Positions 26,478-36,607 of a DNA stretch of 64,000 bases are shown here, piece after piece. The notes under the pieces are model-generated. The model saw only the letters and a list, made by a program, of their open reading frames with translations. It did no database searches and was not told the DNA's origin. This DNA is from Oscillospiraceae bacterium (GTDB taxonomy: Bacteria; Bacillota; Clostridia; Oscillospirales; Oscillospiraceae), in NCBI GenBank assembly GCA_017457285.1, contig JAFTHT010000007.1:10631-74630 (forward strand). Reading direction: 5' to 3'. Both the position numbers and the translations under genes were made by a program. Numbering within the stretch: position 1 is the first letter of the stretch; every line of letters begins with the position of its first letter.

Positions 26478-28367
26478 GTGTCGTTTGTGCGTATATTAGA
26501 GAATATTCAGGGCCACGAGGATCTGCTGCGCCTGACCGATGCCCAACGGCTGGAGCTTTGTCAGGAGATCCGGGAGTTTCTCATTGACCGTGTGTCCCGG
26601 ACTGGTGGACATCTTGCCTCCAATCTTGGTACAGTGGAGCTGTCCGTCGCCCTTGAAACCGTTTATGATACCAAAACTGACCGCCTGGTTTTCGATGTGG
26701 GTCACCAGTCTTATGTCCATAAGCTGCTGACCGGACGCCAGGCGGATTTCGACCGTCTGCGGCAGTTCGGCGGCATGGCGGGCTTCCCCAAGCCCGGGGA
26801 GAGCATCACCGATTCCTTTGTGGCCGGTCATGCCTCCAGCTCGGTGTCCATCGCTCTGGGCATGGCCCGGGCCAGAACCCTTTCCGGCCATAACCATGAT
26901 GTGGTATGCGTCATTGGTGACGGCGCCGCCACCGGTGGTATGGCCTACGAGGGCCTCAACGATGCCGCCGAGAGCCGGGAGCCGATGGTGATCATTCTGA
27001 ATGACAATGAAATGTCCATCGATAAAAATGTGGGTGGCATGGCCAAGCATCTGTCACGGCTGCGGAGCAAGGAAAGCTATCTGGGCATGAAGCAGCATTA
27101 CCGCAGTTTTATGTCCAAAACCGGCGTTGGCCGGTTCGTTTACCGGGCCACCCGGGCGGTGAAGGACTGGTTCAAGCGGATGGTGCTGCCCACCACGATT
27201 TTTGAAAATATGGGTCTGACCTATCTGGGCCCTGTGGACGGCAATGATGTGAATCAGCTCATTGGCCTGCTGCGGCTTGCCAAGGGGATGAAGACTCCCG
27301 TTCTGCTCCATGTGCTGACTAAGAAGGGAAAGGGCTATGCTCCCGCAGAGCAGAATCCCTCCAAATTCCATGGAATCGGAAAATTCGACCCCGCCACCGG
27401 CGAGACCCTGAGCAAGGGCGGCCAGACCTTCTCCGGCGCCTTTGGAAAGACCATGCTGGAGCTGGCGGAGGAAAATAACCGGGTCTGCGCCATCACGGCC
27501 GCCATGCCCGGCGGTACAGGATTGCTGGATTTCAAGAAAACCTACCCCAAGCGCACCTTCGATGTGGGCATTGCGGAGGAACACGCCGTGTCCATGGCTG
27601 GCGGACTTGCCAAGCAGGGCATGGTGCCTGTGGTGGCCCTGTATTCCACCTTTTTGCAGCGGTCCTACGATATGATTTTGCAGGATGTGGCTATGCTGCA
27701 TCTTCATGTGGTGCTGGCGGTTGACCGGGCAGGTCTGGTTGGCGAGGACGGGGAGACGCACCATGGTATTTATGATATCGGTTTCCTGCGCCATGCGCCG
27801 GGGATGCTGATTTTGTGCCCCGCCAGCTGCGCGGAGCAGCAAAAGATGCTCCGTTGGGCGGTGCAGGACTACAATGGCCCGGTGGCCATCCGCTATCCCA
27901 GAGGCGGTGACCGCAGCTTTGAGGGCTGCAACTGGAGTCCAAGTGCGGAGATTGCCACTACCGGTGCCCTGGCCTGCCATCGCATGGGCGATGATGTGAC
28001 GCTGATTTCCTATGGAACTCTGCTGGAAAACACCATGCAGGCCGCCGAAAAACTGGCCCAGCAGGGGATTGAAGCCACGGTTTTGCGGCTTTTGACGGTG
28101 GAGCCTTTGCCGGTCTACAATATTCTTACCATGATGTCCGATACGCCCCATGTGGTGATTCTGGAAGAAGCTGCCGGTGGCTGCGGCATCCGGGAGGCTT
28201 TAGCCTGGGAGCTGCATCATCTGAAGCCCGGTATCCAGGTGGATGGCATCGATTTGGGCCATCAGTTCATTACCCACGGCGATATGAATTCCCTCTATCA
28301 GCACTATGGTTTGGATGCGGATTCCATTGTTAAATTCGTACAGGAGGTGCGGCCCCATGAAAATTAA
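26478..28367 (+). CDS. dxs: 1-deoxy-D-xylulose-5-phosphate synthase
   Basis: GGHLASNLG, FDVGHQSY, IGDGA, DVGIAEEHA, DRAGLVGEDGETHHG. Confidence 0.97.
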   Translation: MSFVRILENIQGHEDLLRLTDAQRLELCQEIREFLIDRVSRTGGHLASNLGTVELSVALETVYDTKTDRLVFDVGHQSYVHKLLTGRQADFDRLRQFGGMAGFPKPGESITDSFVAGHASSSVSIALGMARARTLSGHNHDVVCVIGDGAATGGMAYEGLNDAAESREPMVIILNDNEMSIDKNVGGMAKHLSRLRSKESYLGMKQHYRSFMSKTGVGRFVYRATRAVKDWFKRMVLPTTIFENMGLTYLGPVDGNDVNQLIGLLRLAKGMKTPVLLHVLTKKGKGYAPAEQNPSKFHGIGKFDPATGETLSKGGQTFSGAFGKTMLELAEENNRVCAITAAMPGGTGLLDFKKTYPKRTFDVGIAEEHAVSMAGGLAKQGMVPVVALYSTFLQRSYDMILQDVAMLHLHVVLAVDRAGLVGEDGETHHGIYDIGFLRHAPGMLILCPASCAEQQKMLRWAVQDYNGPVAIRYPRGGDRSFEGCNWSPSAEIATTGALACHRMGDDVTLISYGTLLENTMQAAEKLAQQGIEATVLRLLTVEPLPVYNILTMMSDTPHVVILEEAAGGCGIREALAWELHHLKPGIQVDGIDLGHQFITHGDMNSLYQHYGLDADSIVKFVQEVRPHEN

Positions 28368-29160
28368 AAAACGGCTGGACGTACTCCTGACAGAACAGGG
28401 CTACGCCGACACCCGCTCCAAGGCCCAGGCCATCATCATGGCAGGGCAGGTCTATGTAGACGGCCAGAAGGCGGACAAGCCCGGCATTTCCTATGAAGAG
28501 AATGTATCCATTGAAGTCCGTGGCGACGTGTGCCCCTATGTGAGCCGGGGTGGTTTGAAACTGGAAAAGGCGCTGCGGGATTTCGGCGTAAAGCCGGAAG
28601 GCTTTGTCTGCTCCGATTCCGGTGCCTCCACCGGCGGCTTTACCGACTGCCTGCTCCAGCAGGGAGCGAAAAAGGTCTTTGCCATTGACGTTGGCTACGG
28701 TCAGCTGGACTGGAAAATCCGCTCCGATGAACGGGTCGTGGTGATGGAGCGGACCAATATCCGCTATGTGACCCCGGAGGATTTGGGGGAGCCTTTGGAT
28801 CTTTCCGTCATTGATGTGAGCTTTATTTCTCTGAAAATCGTCCTTCCCACCATTAAAACTCTTCTCAAACCTACCGGTCAGGTGCTGTGCCTGATCAAGC
28901 CCCAGTTTGAGGCCGGGCGGGAGAAGGTTGGCAAGAAGGGCGTGGTTCGGGAGCCTGCCACCCACAAAGAGGTTCTGGATATGTTCGTGGAGCTGGCTGA
29001 CCAGCTTGGTTTCACAATCCTGGGCCTGACCTTCTCGCCTGTGAAGGGGCCGGAGGGTAATATTGAATTTTTGGGCCATCTGACCCTGGAGGACAAAGCG
29101 GGCATCCGCCCGGATACCGCCGATGTGGTGCGCCAGGCCCACGAAACTTTGAAGGGGTGA
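28357..29160 (+). CDS. tlyA: TlyA family rRNA methyltransferase
   Basis: S4 domain, YVSRGGLKL, GASTGGFTD, IKPQFE. Confidence 0.95.
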   Translation: MKIKKRLDVLLTEQGYADTRSKAQAIIMAGQVYVDGQKADKPGISYEENVSIEVRGDVCPYVSRGGLKLEKALRDFGVKPEGFVCSDSGASTGGFTDCLLQQGAKKVFAIDVGYGQLDWKIRSDERVVVMERTNIRYVTPEDLGEPLDLSVIDVSFISLKIVLPTIKTLLKPTGQVLCLIKPQFEAGREKVGKKGVVREPATHKEVLDMFVELADQLGFTILGLTFSPVKGPEGNIEFLGHLTLEDKAGIRPDTADVVRQAHETLKG

Positions 29161-29164
29161 AAAT

Positions 29165-30031
29165 ATGATAAAACGAGTGATTTTGACCCCAAATCCCTAC
29201 CGGGATAAGAATTTTCAGACCGTCCGCAACGCTTCGAAAATTTTACAGGATGCGGGCATTGAGGTTCGCCTTTGCCTGCCCTTCGAGGTGGACAGAACCT
29301 ATGATTTGCCCCGGGATCTGCGATTCCATAAGCTGGACCGGGAAATCCAGAATACGGATCTGGTGATCTGCTTCGGCGGCGACGGCACCATTTTGCACAT
29401 GGCCAAGGCCGCCACCCGTCAGGGTGTGCCTATTCTGGGTGTCAACATTGGCACCATGGGCTTCATGGCGGAGCTGGAAAGCGGCGAGCTGGATAAGCTG
29501 GCTCTCCTGGCAAAAGGCGATTATTCCATTGACAAGCGGATGATGCTGGATGTGACGGTCCGTCGGGACCGGGATATCATTTACCACGATATCTGCCTGA
29601 ATGATGTGGTCATCACCAAGGGTGCTGTGGCCCGGATTGTCCATTTGTCCGTCCGCTGTGACGGGGTGCAGGCCATGGAATGCGGCGGCGACGGCATTAT
29701 CGTTGCCACCCCCACCGGCTCCACTGCCTACAGCCTTTCTGCCGGCGGCCCCATCGTGGAGCCCGAGGCCAGAAGCATTTTGATTACCCCCATTTGCGCC
29801 CATGATATGGCCAGCCGTTGCATGGTGGCCTCCGACAAGCGGGTGATTACCGTTGCGCTGACGAAAAATATGCGCCGCAATGCCTTCCTTTCCGCCGATG
29901 GTGGCAAGGCCGTTCGGCTGAACATGGGGGATATCGCCACGATTCGCAAATCCGACATGGAAACCAAGCTCCTGCGGCTGAAAGACCGGAGCTTTTACGA
30001 TGTTGTGAATATGAAATTCAAGAACGAATGA
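29165..30031 (+). CDS. nadK: NAD kinase
   Basis: GGDGT, ND, DGIIVATPTGSTAYSLSAGG. Confidence 0.95.
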   Translation: MIKRVILTPNPYRDKNFQTVRNASKILQDAGIEVRLCLPFEVDRTYDLPRDLRFHKLDREIQNTDLVICFGGDGTILHMAKAATRQGVPILGVNIGTMGFMAELESGELDKLALLAKGDYSIDKRMMLDVTVRRDRDIIYHDICLNDVVITKGAVARIVHLSVRCDGVQAMECGGDGIIVATPTGSTAYSLSAGGPIVEPEARSILITPICAHDMASRCMVASDKRVITVALTKNMRRNAFLSADGGKAVRLNMGDIATIRKSDMETKLLRLKDRSFYDVVNMKFKNE

Positions 30032-30040
30032 GGTGCCCAA

Positions 30041-30493
30041 GTGAAAACACAAAGACAGGCAAAAATTCTGGAAATCGTCACCACCAAGGATGTGGAGACC
30101 CAGGAGCAGCTGCTGCAGGAATTGCAGGACGCGGGCTTTTACAGCACCCAGGCCACCATTTCCAGAGATATTAAAGAATTGCGGATCGTCAAGGAGCTGA
30201 CCAGTTTCGGTACTTACCGTTACACCACCTCCTCCAAGGAGGTCACCGGCACCTTCTCCAGCCGATTGAACACCATTTTCCGGGAGTGCGTCACCGGCTA
30301 CGATTATGCCCAGAATATGGTAGTCATTCATACTCTGCCGGGCCTGGCCTCTGCTGCCGGTTCCGCGGTGGATGCCATGAGCATGAGCTTTGTGCTGGGC
30401 ACCCTGGCGGGGGATGATACGGTGATGATCGTCATGCGGGATACCAATGCCGCGGCGGCCTTTTGCAGTGAAATCAAAAATTTGCTGAATTGA
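30041..30493 (+). CDS. argR: Arginine repressor
   Basis: TQATISRDIKEL, GTLAGDDT. Confidence 0.95.
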   Translation: MKTQRQAKILEIVTTKDVETQEQLLQELQDAGFYSTQATISRDIKELRIVKELTSFGTYRYTTSSKEVTGTFSSRLNTIFRECVTGYDYAQNMVVIHTLPGLASAAGSAVDAMSMSFVLGTLAGDDTVMIVMRDTNAAAAFCSEIKNLLN

Positions 30494-30503
30494 GGGATAT
30501 CAA

Positions 30504-32150
30504 ATGCTGAGCCTTCTGCATATCGAAAATATAGCCGTTATCGAATGCTCGGATATCTCCTTCGACCGGGGCTTCAATGTGCTGACCGGTGAAACCGGTG
30601 CCGGTAAATCCATCGTCATCGATGCCATTTCCGCTATTTTGGGCGAGAGAGCCTACCGGGATATGATTCGAACCGGCGCCAATAAAGCCTCGGTCCGTGC
30701 GGTGTTCACCGATGTGCCGGAGCTGAGCTGGTTTGCCGATAACGGCGTGGAGTATGATTCGGAGACGGTCATTCAGCGTGAAATTCATCTGGACGGCAAA
30801 AATGTCTGCCGTGTCAATGGGACGCTGGTGACGGTTTCCATCCTTCGCAAGCTGGGTATCCAGCTTATTAACATCCACGGTCAGCATGATTCCGCATCTC
30901 TTTTGGACGAAGCCAATCACCTTGGCTTTTTGGATGCCTTTGCGGATAATGAAGCTTTGCGTTTGGAACATCAACAGCGGTTTGAAGCGGTGTCCAAGCT
31001 CCGCCGGGAAATTGACCGGATGAGCATGGACGAAAGCGAAAAGCTGCGCCGGATGGAGACCCTCCGCTACCAAATCGAAGAAATTTCCAAAGCGAATCTG
31101 GAACCCGGGGAGGACGAGGCCCTGGAAGACCGGCGAAAGCTGCTGCAAAATGCCGAAAAGCTCTCCAACGGCATCGAAACTGCCGTGGAATGTCTTTACG
31201 GCGGCGACGAGAGCGATGGTGCTGCCAGCTTGCTGGCCCAGGCGGAGCGGGAGCTGGCCCGGCTGTCCAAATATACCGATTCCTTCGCTCACCTCCACGA
31301 CAAGGTGGCTGATCTGATGTATCAGGTGCAGGATGCTGCCGAGGAGATTCGGGATGCCCGGGATGATTTGAGCTATTCCGCTGACGAACTGGAGCAGATC
31401 GAATCCCGGCTGGATGTAATCCACCGGCTCCGCCGGAAATACGGCGTGACCTGCGCCGATATTCTGGAGTATCTGGAAAAAGCCCAGAAGGAGCTGGATG
31501 AAATTGAATTTGCCGACGACCACATTGAGCGGTTGAAAGGGAAGCTGAAAAAAGCCGAGGCAGCGGCCTGGGAAACGGCCTTTGCCATCCGGGAAAACAG
31601 AAAGGCTACCGCCGCCATGCTGTCCCAGCGAATTTTGACGGAGCTTGCTCAGCTGGATATGCCCCGGGTGCAGTTCGCCTGCGAATTTGCTGAGACGGAA
31701 TTGACGGCAGACGGTGCGGACAATGTGGTGTTCTATATGTCCGCCAACGCCGGTGAGGCGCTGAAATCCATGAGCAAGGTAGCCTCCGGCGGCGAATTGG
31801 CCCGTATTATGCTGGCTATGAAAAATGTATTGGCGGAAAAAGACCAGGTGGAGACGTTGATTTTTGACGAAGTGGACACCGGTGTTTCCGGCCGTGCCGC
31901 CCAAAAGGTGGCGGAAAAGCTTCGGGCTGTCGCGGCCCATAAGCAGGTCCTCTGCGTCACCCATTTGCCCCAGCTGGCTGCCTTGGCCAACACCCATTTG
32001 TTGATTGCCAAATCCGAGCGGGACGGGCGTACTTATACCACGGTCACCCCCCTGGATATTGAAGGAAGAAAGCGGGAGCTGGCCCGGATTATCGGCGGCA
32101 CGAATATCACGGAAACTACCCTGAAAAGCGCCGAAGAAATGCTTCAGTAA
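30504..32150 (+). CDS. recN: DNA repair protein RecN
   Basis: GETGAGKS, IHGQHD, ASGGELAR, FDEVDTGVSG, VTHLPQ. Confidence 0.97.
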   Translation: MLSLLHIENIAVIECSDISFDRGFNVLTGETGAGKSIVIDAISAILGERAYRDMIRTGANKASVRAVFTDVPELSWFADNGVEYDSETVIQREIHLDGKNVCRVNGTLVTVSILRKLGIQLINIHGQHDSASLLDEANHLGFLDAFADNEALRLEHQQRFEAVSKLRREIDRMSMDESEKLRRMETLRYQIEEISKANLEPGEDEALEDRRKLLQNAEKLSNGIETAVECLYGGDESDGAASLLAQAERELARLSKYTDSFAHLHDKVADLMYQVQDAAEEIRDARDDLSYSADELEQIESRLDVIHRLRRKYGVTCADILEYLEKAQKELDEIEFADDHIERLKGKLKKAEAAAWETAFAIRENRKATAAMLSQRILTELAQLDMPRVQFACEFAETELTADGADNVVFYMSANAGEALKSMSKVASGGELARIMLAMKNVLAEKDQVETLIFDEVDTGVSGRAAQKVAEKLRAVAAHKQVLCVTHLPQLAALANTHLLIAKSERDGRTYTTVTPLDIEGRKRELARIIGGTNITETTLKSAEEMLQ

Positions 32151-32162
32151 AGGAGTATTGCG

Positions 32163-32591
32163 ATGATAACAATGATTGCCGGAGCATTGGTGTTTTGGTT
32201 TCCTTTTATGCTGGTTTTTTGGGTAATTTCTCTGATTAGCCCCATAAAGAAGAAGAAAACTCGGGGGAATACCTGGTGGCTTATTCTGACTTTACTTTTT
32301 GAAAGCTTGGAATATTTTGCATTGGTTTTCTCCGTTGGGTGTTTTTCCAGCCGGGAAGCGATTCCGGCCTTGGTGCTGTTTGCACCGCTGTGTCTGCTGT
32401 TTCATTGGATTAAGAGCATTTGCAAACGCCGCTGGTGCTCAGACGTAATATCGGCTCCGCAAGCGGGTTCCAACGGCGCAATGACGATTCGCTGCCATTC
32501 CTGCGGCGGCATGAATCAGATTGCTCCCAGCGCGAAGCCCGGCCAGTGCAAATACTGTTTTGCCAAGCTGAAGCTGCGGAATCGGACTTGA
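32163..32591 (+). CDS. Hypothetical membrane protein with C-terminal zinc ribbon
   Basis: Three hydrophobic segments, CHSCGG...CKYC; AGGAG RBS. Confidence 0.65.
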   Translation: MITMIAGALVFWFPFMLVFWVISLISPIKKKKTRGNTWWLILTLLFESLEYFALVFSVGCFSSREAIPALVLFAPLCLLFHWIKSICKRRWCSDVISAPQAGSNGAMTIRCHSCGGMNQIAPSAKPGQCKYCFAKLKLRNRT

Positions 32592-32624
32592 CAAAGTTCG
32601 TTTTATTTGTTAAGATACCCCCAA

Positions 32625-32882
32625 CACATTGATGGGAAGAAGTAAGCACACCCTTTTCCGCCAGAGAGCTGCCGGTTGGTGCAAGGCAGCGGGAAAACCT
32701 GCTGAAATACCTCCCGGAGTGGCCTGCCTGAACATTCAGTAGGGGAGGACGGGTTCGCCCGAAACAGCGAAAAGCGTTGTTGGACGCTCCGAGGGCTGCA
32801 CCGTGAGATGCAGCTGAACCAGAGGTGGTACCGCGTAATTTTTACGCCCTCTGTCCGCAAGGACAGGGGGCGTTTTTGTTTT
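32625..32882 (+). promoter_or_regulatory. T-box riboswitch (Tyr, UAC specifier)
   Basis: AGAGAG/GGTG stem I, gaaaTAC at 32708-32710, AGGTGGTACCGCG at 32823-32835, terminator + U run; TTGACA-N17-TAAGAT promoter at 32588. Confidence 0.92.
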
Positions 32883-32893
32883 GGAGGTGCGCC

Positions 32894-33256
32894 ATGAATT
32901 ATCCATGGATCGATGGATACCTTTTGCAAAAGAAAGGCGTCACGAAAGACCATAAATTGGAGTGGAACTGGATTCGCTACATGGTGGGGGATAAAATGTT
33001 CTGCGCCATTTGCCTGGATGAACAGAATCGGCCCTATTATATCACCCTGAAACTGGAGCCGGCTAAGGGAGATGCTTTGCGGAAATTGTACCCGGACATC
33101 CTGCCTGGGTACTACATGAACAAGGTTCACTGGAACTCCGTCAAAGCTGATGGCGCCGTTCCGGATGATTTGATGAAGGAAATGCTGGATGATGCATATT
33201 CTCTGGTCTTTTCCGGACTTCCCAAGAAGAAACAAGCTGAAATTAACAACATTTAG
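32894..33256 (+). CDS. MmcQ/YjbR family protein
   Basis: YMVGDKMF, ITLKLEP, PGYYMNKVHWNSV, SGLPKKKQ; GGAGG RBS. Confidence 0.9.
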   Translation: MNYPWIDGYLLQKKGVTKDHKLEWNWIRYMVGDKMFCAICLDEQNRPYYITLKLEPAKGDALRKLYPDILPGYYMNKVHWNSVKADGAVPDDLMKEMLDDAYSLVFSGLPKKKQAEINNI

Positions 33257-33268
33257 GAGGAACCCAAA

Positions 33269-34492
33269 ATGAAATTATATGACGAGTTGGTCGCTCGGGG
33301 CCTGATTGCCCAGGTGACCAATGAGGAAGAGATTCGCGAGATGATCGACAATGGCAAGGCCACCTTCTACATCGGCTTTGACCCCACTGCCGATTCTCTT
33401 CATGTGGGCCACTTTATGGCTCTGTGCCTGATGAAGCGGCTGCAGATGGCTGGCAACAAGCCCATCGCCCTGATTGGCGGCGGTACCGCCATGATCGGTG
33501 ACCCCTCCGGCCGGACCGATATGCGGAGCATGATGACCAAGGAAGTCATCGACCATAACTGCGCCTGCTTCAAGAAGCAGATGGAGCGGTTCATCGAGTT
33601 TGGCGAGGGCAAGGCCCAGATGGTCAACAATGCCGATTGGCTGCTGGACCTGAACTACGTGGATGTGCTCCGTGAGGTGGGCGCCTGCTTCAGCGTCAAC
33701 AATATGCTCCGGGCCGAGTGCTACAAGCAGCGGATGGAGAAGGGGTTGAGCTTCCTGGAGTTCAACTACATGATTATGCAGTCCTACGACTTCTACCACC
33801 TGTACCAGAATTACGGCTGCAATATGCAGTTCGGCGGCAACGACCAGTGGAGCAATATGCTGGGCGGCACCGAGCTGATCCGCCGTAAACTGGGCAAGGA
33901 TGCCCACGCCATGACCATCACCCTGCTGCTCAATTCCGAGGGCAAGAAGATGGGCAAGACCGCCAAGGGCGCTGTCTGGCTGGACCCCAACAAGACGACT
34001 CCCTTCGAGTTTTACCAGTACTGGCGGAATGTGGAGGATTCCGATGTCCTGAAATGCATCCAGATGCTGACCTTCCTGCCTATGGAAGAGATCGATGCCA
34101 TGTCCGACTGGAAGGATGCCCAGCTGAACACCGCCAAGGAGATTCTGGCCTACGAGCTGACTAAGCTGGTCCATGGTGAGGAAGAGGCGAATAAGGCTCA
34201 GGCTGCTGCCAAGGCCCTGTTTGTGGGCGGTGGCGACGATGCCAATATGCCCACTACGGAAATCACCGCCGATAAACTGGTGGATGGCAAAATCGGCATC
34301 CTGAATCTGATGGTTGCCTGCGGTCTGGCCCCCTCCAACAAGCAGGCCCGCCAGCTGGTAGAGCAGGGCGGCGTCCTGGTCAACGACGAGAAGGTGCCTT
34401 CTGCCCAGTTCGCTGTTACCGAGGAAATGCTGAAAGAAGGCGTGAAGATCCGCAAGGGTAAGAAGGTTTTCCATAAGGCAATCCTGGCTTAA
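33269..34492 (+). CDS. tyrS: Tyrosine-tRNA ligase
   Basis: GFDPTADSLHVGH, QFGGNDQW, KMGKT, C-terminal S4. Confidence 0.97.
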   Translation: MKLYDELVARGLIAQVTNEEEIREMIDNGKATFYIGFDPTADSLHVGHFMALCLMKRLQMAGNKPIALIGGGTAMIGDPSGRTDMRSMMTKEVIDHNCACFKKQMERFIEFGEGKAQMVNNADWLLDLNYVDVLREVGACFSVNNMLRAECYKQRMEKGLSFLEFNYMIMQSYDFYHLYQNYGCNMQFGGNDQWSNMLGGTELIRRKLGKDAHAMTITLLLNSEGKKMGKTAKGAVWLDPNKTTPFEFYQYWRNVEDSDVLKCIQMLTFLPMEEIDAMSDWKDAQLNTAKEILAYELTKLVHGEEEANKAQAAAKALFVGGGDDANMPTTEITADKLVDGKIGILNLMVACGLAPSNKQARQLVEQGGVLVNDEKVPSAQFAVTEEMLKEGVKIRKGKKVFHKAILA

Positions 34493-34497
34493 TCATG

Positions 34498-34526
34498 TAA
34501 ACGCCGCCCAATTCGGGCGGCGTTTA
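34498..34526. terminator. Hairpin terminator between convergent tyrS and dapA
   Basis: aaacgccgccc-aattc-gggcggcgttt. Confidence 0.75.
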
Positions 34527-34530
34527 GTGG

Positions 34531-35397
34531 TTATCCAAAATATGCATCCAACCTTTTCTTGTTTTCCTTGCTCAGCTGGGTCAGGGGCAGGCGGCAGGGG
34601 CCACAGTCGCAGCCGATGTATTTCATGGCGGCTTTCACCGGGATGGGGTTCGGTTCGCAGAACAGCAGTTCTACCAGGGGCTGCAGATTCTGTTGCAGGG
34701 ATGCGGCGGTGTCCAAATCTCCCGCCAGGGCTGCCTGGGCCATGGCCTGGGTTTGCACCGGCAGGAGGTTGGACAGCACCGAGATCACCCCCTGGGCCCC
34801 AAGGGAGATGGCCGGGACGGTTAAATCGTCATTACCCGTCCAAACTGCGAAGTTTTTGCAGCTTCTGCATAGCTTTGTGACCTTGGTAATATCGGAGCTG
34901 GCCTCTTTGATGCCGGCCATGTTGGGAATGGGGGCCAGCCGCTGGCAGACGGAGACCGGGATATCCACCCCGGTGCGGGTTGGCACGTTGTAGGCGATGA
35001 TGGGAATGCTGACGGTGTGGGCGATGGTCATATAATGGGCCACCAGCCCCTCCGGCGTGGCCTTGTTGTAATATGGACTGACAATCAGCAGGGCATCCAC
35101 CCCCAGTTTTTCTGCTGCCAGGCTCAGTTCCGCCGCGTGGGAGGTCCAGTTGGAGCCGGTTCCGGCGATAATTTGGCAGTCGCTGCCCACATAGCTTTTT
35201 GCCCGGTGGAACAGCTCCAGCTTTTCGTCATCCGACAGGGTAGGGGCTTCGCCGGTGGTGCCGCAAATGACAATGGAGCGGATTCCGGCATCAATTTGCC
35301 GTTTTATCAGCTGTTCCAGCATGGGAAAGTTTACTTTATCATCCAAAAATGGCGTAACCAATGCGGTGCAGGCGCCTGTAAATAACGGTTTTTCCAT
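34531..35397 (-). CDS. dapA: 4-hydroxy-tetrahydrodipicolinate synthase
   Basis: GTTGE, PYYNK, YNVPTRTG, GIKEAS, NPIPVK. Confidence 0.95.
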   Translation of the reverse strand: MEKPLFTGACTALVTPFLDDKVNFPMLEQLIKRQIDAGIRSIVICGTTGEAPTLSDDEKLELFHRAKSYVGSDCQIIAGTGSNWTSHAAELSLAAEKLGVDALLIVSPYYNKATPEGLVAHYMTIAHTVSIPIIAYNVPTRTGVDIPVSVCQRLAPIPNMAGIKEASSDITKVTKLCRSCKNFAVWTGNDDLTVPAISLGAQGVISVLSNLLPVQTQAMAQAALAGDLDTAASLQQNLQPLVELLFCEPNPIPVKAAMKYIGCDCGPCRLPLTQLSKENKKRLDAYFG

Positions 35398-35505
35398 GTT
35401 TCATCCCTCCGCACCAATCTATGCGATATGGCATGATTTTGCGTGTTGCAAAATATGGGGTTTTGGGCTATAATAAGCGGAAAGTATCCGTTCGGAGGAA
35501 TGATT

Positions 35506-36528
35506 TTGAAAACGAGTGATTTTTGGTATGACCTGCCGGAGGAATTGATTGCCCAGACCCCCCTGGCCCAGCGGGATAGCTCCCGGCTGCTGGCGTTGAA
35601 TCGGGAAACCGGCGAAGTCTGCCACCGGCATTTTTATGATGTGATTGACTATTTGCAGCCCGGGGACTGCCTGGTGATGAATGACTCCCGGGTGCTGCCC
35701 GCCCGTCTGCTGGGGCATCGGCCCACCGGCGGCGCTGTGGAAGTGCTGCTGCTGCGGGATTTGGGCGATAAAAAATGGGAGTGCCTGTGCAAGCCCGGCC
35801 GGAAGATGCAGGTGGGCAATGAGGTGATTTTCGGCAACGGGGAGCTGACCGCCACCGTTACTGCCGTGCAGGACGATGGCAACCGGGTGGTGGAATTCCA
35901 CTACGAGGGCATTTTCCTGGAGGTTCTGGAGCGGCTGGGTAAGATGCCTCTGCCGCCCTATATCAAGGCGGAATTGCAGGATCAGGAGCGGTATCAAACC
36001 GTTTATTCCAGAGAAGTTGGCTCCGCCGCCGCGCCTACCGCGGGTCTTCATTTTACCAATGATTTGTTGGAAAAGATTCGGAAAATGGGCGTAAAGACAG
36101 CTTTTGTGACTCTTCATGTGGGCCTGGGAACCTTCCGTCCGGTGAAGGCGGAGGAGATTACCGACCATCATATGCATTCGGAGCTGTGTATGATTTCCGC
36201 GGAAACCGCTGAAATCCTGAATGAGACGAAGCGCGCCGGCGGGCGGATTATTTGCGTGGGAACCACCTCCTGCCGGACGTTGGAAAGTCTGGTAGGCGAG
36301 GACGGTTTTTTTGAGGCCAAGTCCAAATGGACGGAGATTTTCATTTATCCCGGCTATCAGTTCAAGGCCATGCAGGGGCTGATTACCAACTTCCATCTGC
36401 CGGAAAGCACCCTGGTGATGCTGGTGTCCGCTTTTGCGGGACGGGAAAATGTTTTGAATGCCTACGAAGAAGCGGTGCGGGAAAAATATCGGTTTTTCTC
36501 CTTTGGTGACGCGATGTTTATTGGTTAA
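35506..36528 (+). CDS. queA: SAM:tRNA ribosyltransferase-isomerase
   Basis: [44 protein letters not shown]. Confidence 0.97.
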   Translation: MKTSDFWYDLPEELIAQTPLAQRDSSRLLALNRETGEVCHRHFYDVIDYLQPGDCLVMNDSRVLPARLLGHRPTGGAVEVLLLRDLGDKKWECLCKPGRKMQVGNEVIFGNGELTATVTAVQDDGNRVVEFHYEGIFLEVLERLGKMPLPPYIKAELQDQERYQTVYSREVGSAAAPTAGLHFTNDLLEKIRKMGVKTAFVTLHVGLGTFRPVKAEEITDHHMHSELCMISAETAEILNETKRAGGRIICVGTTSCRTLESLVGEDGFFEAKSKWTEIFIYPGYQFKAMQGLITNFHLPESTLVMLVSAFAGRENVLNAYEEAVREKYRFFSFGDAMFIG

Positions 36529-36607
36529 AAGATGCTTGTGGGGGATGATGCTGCATCCGCCCCTGCGAATGGTTATTTGGTACTAACGTGAAATAGGAGG
36601 CGCAATC

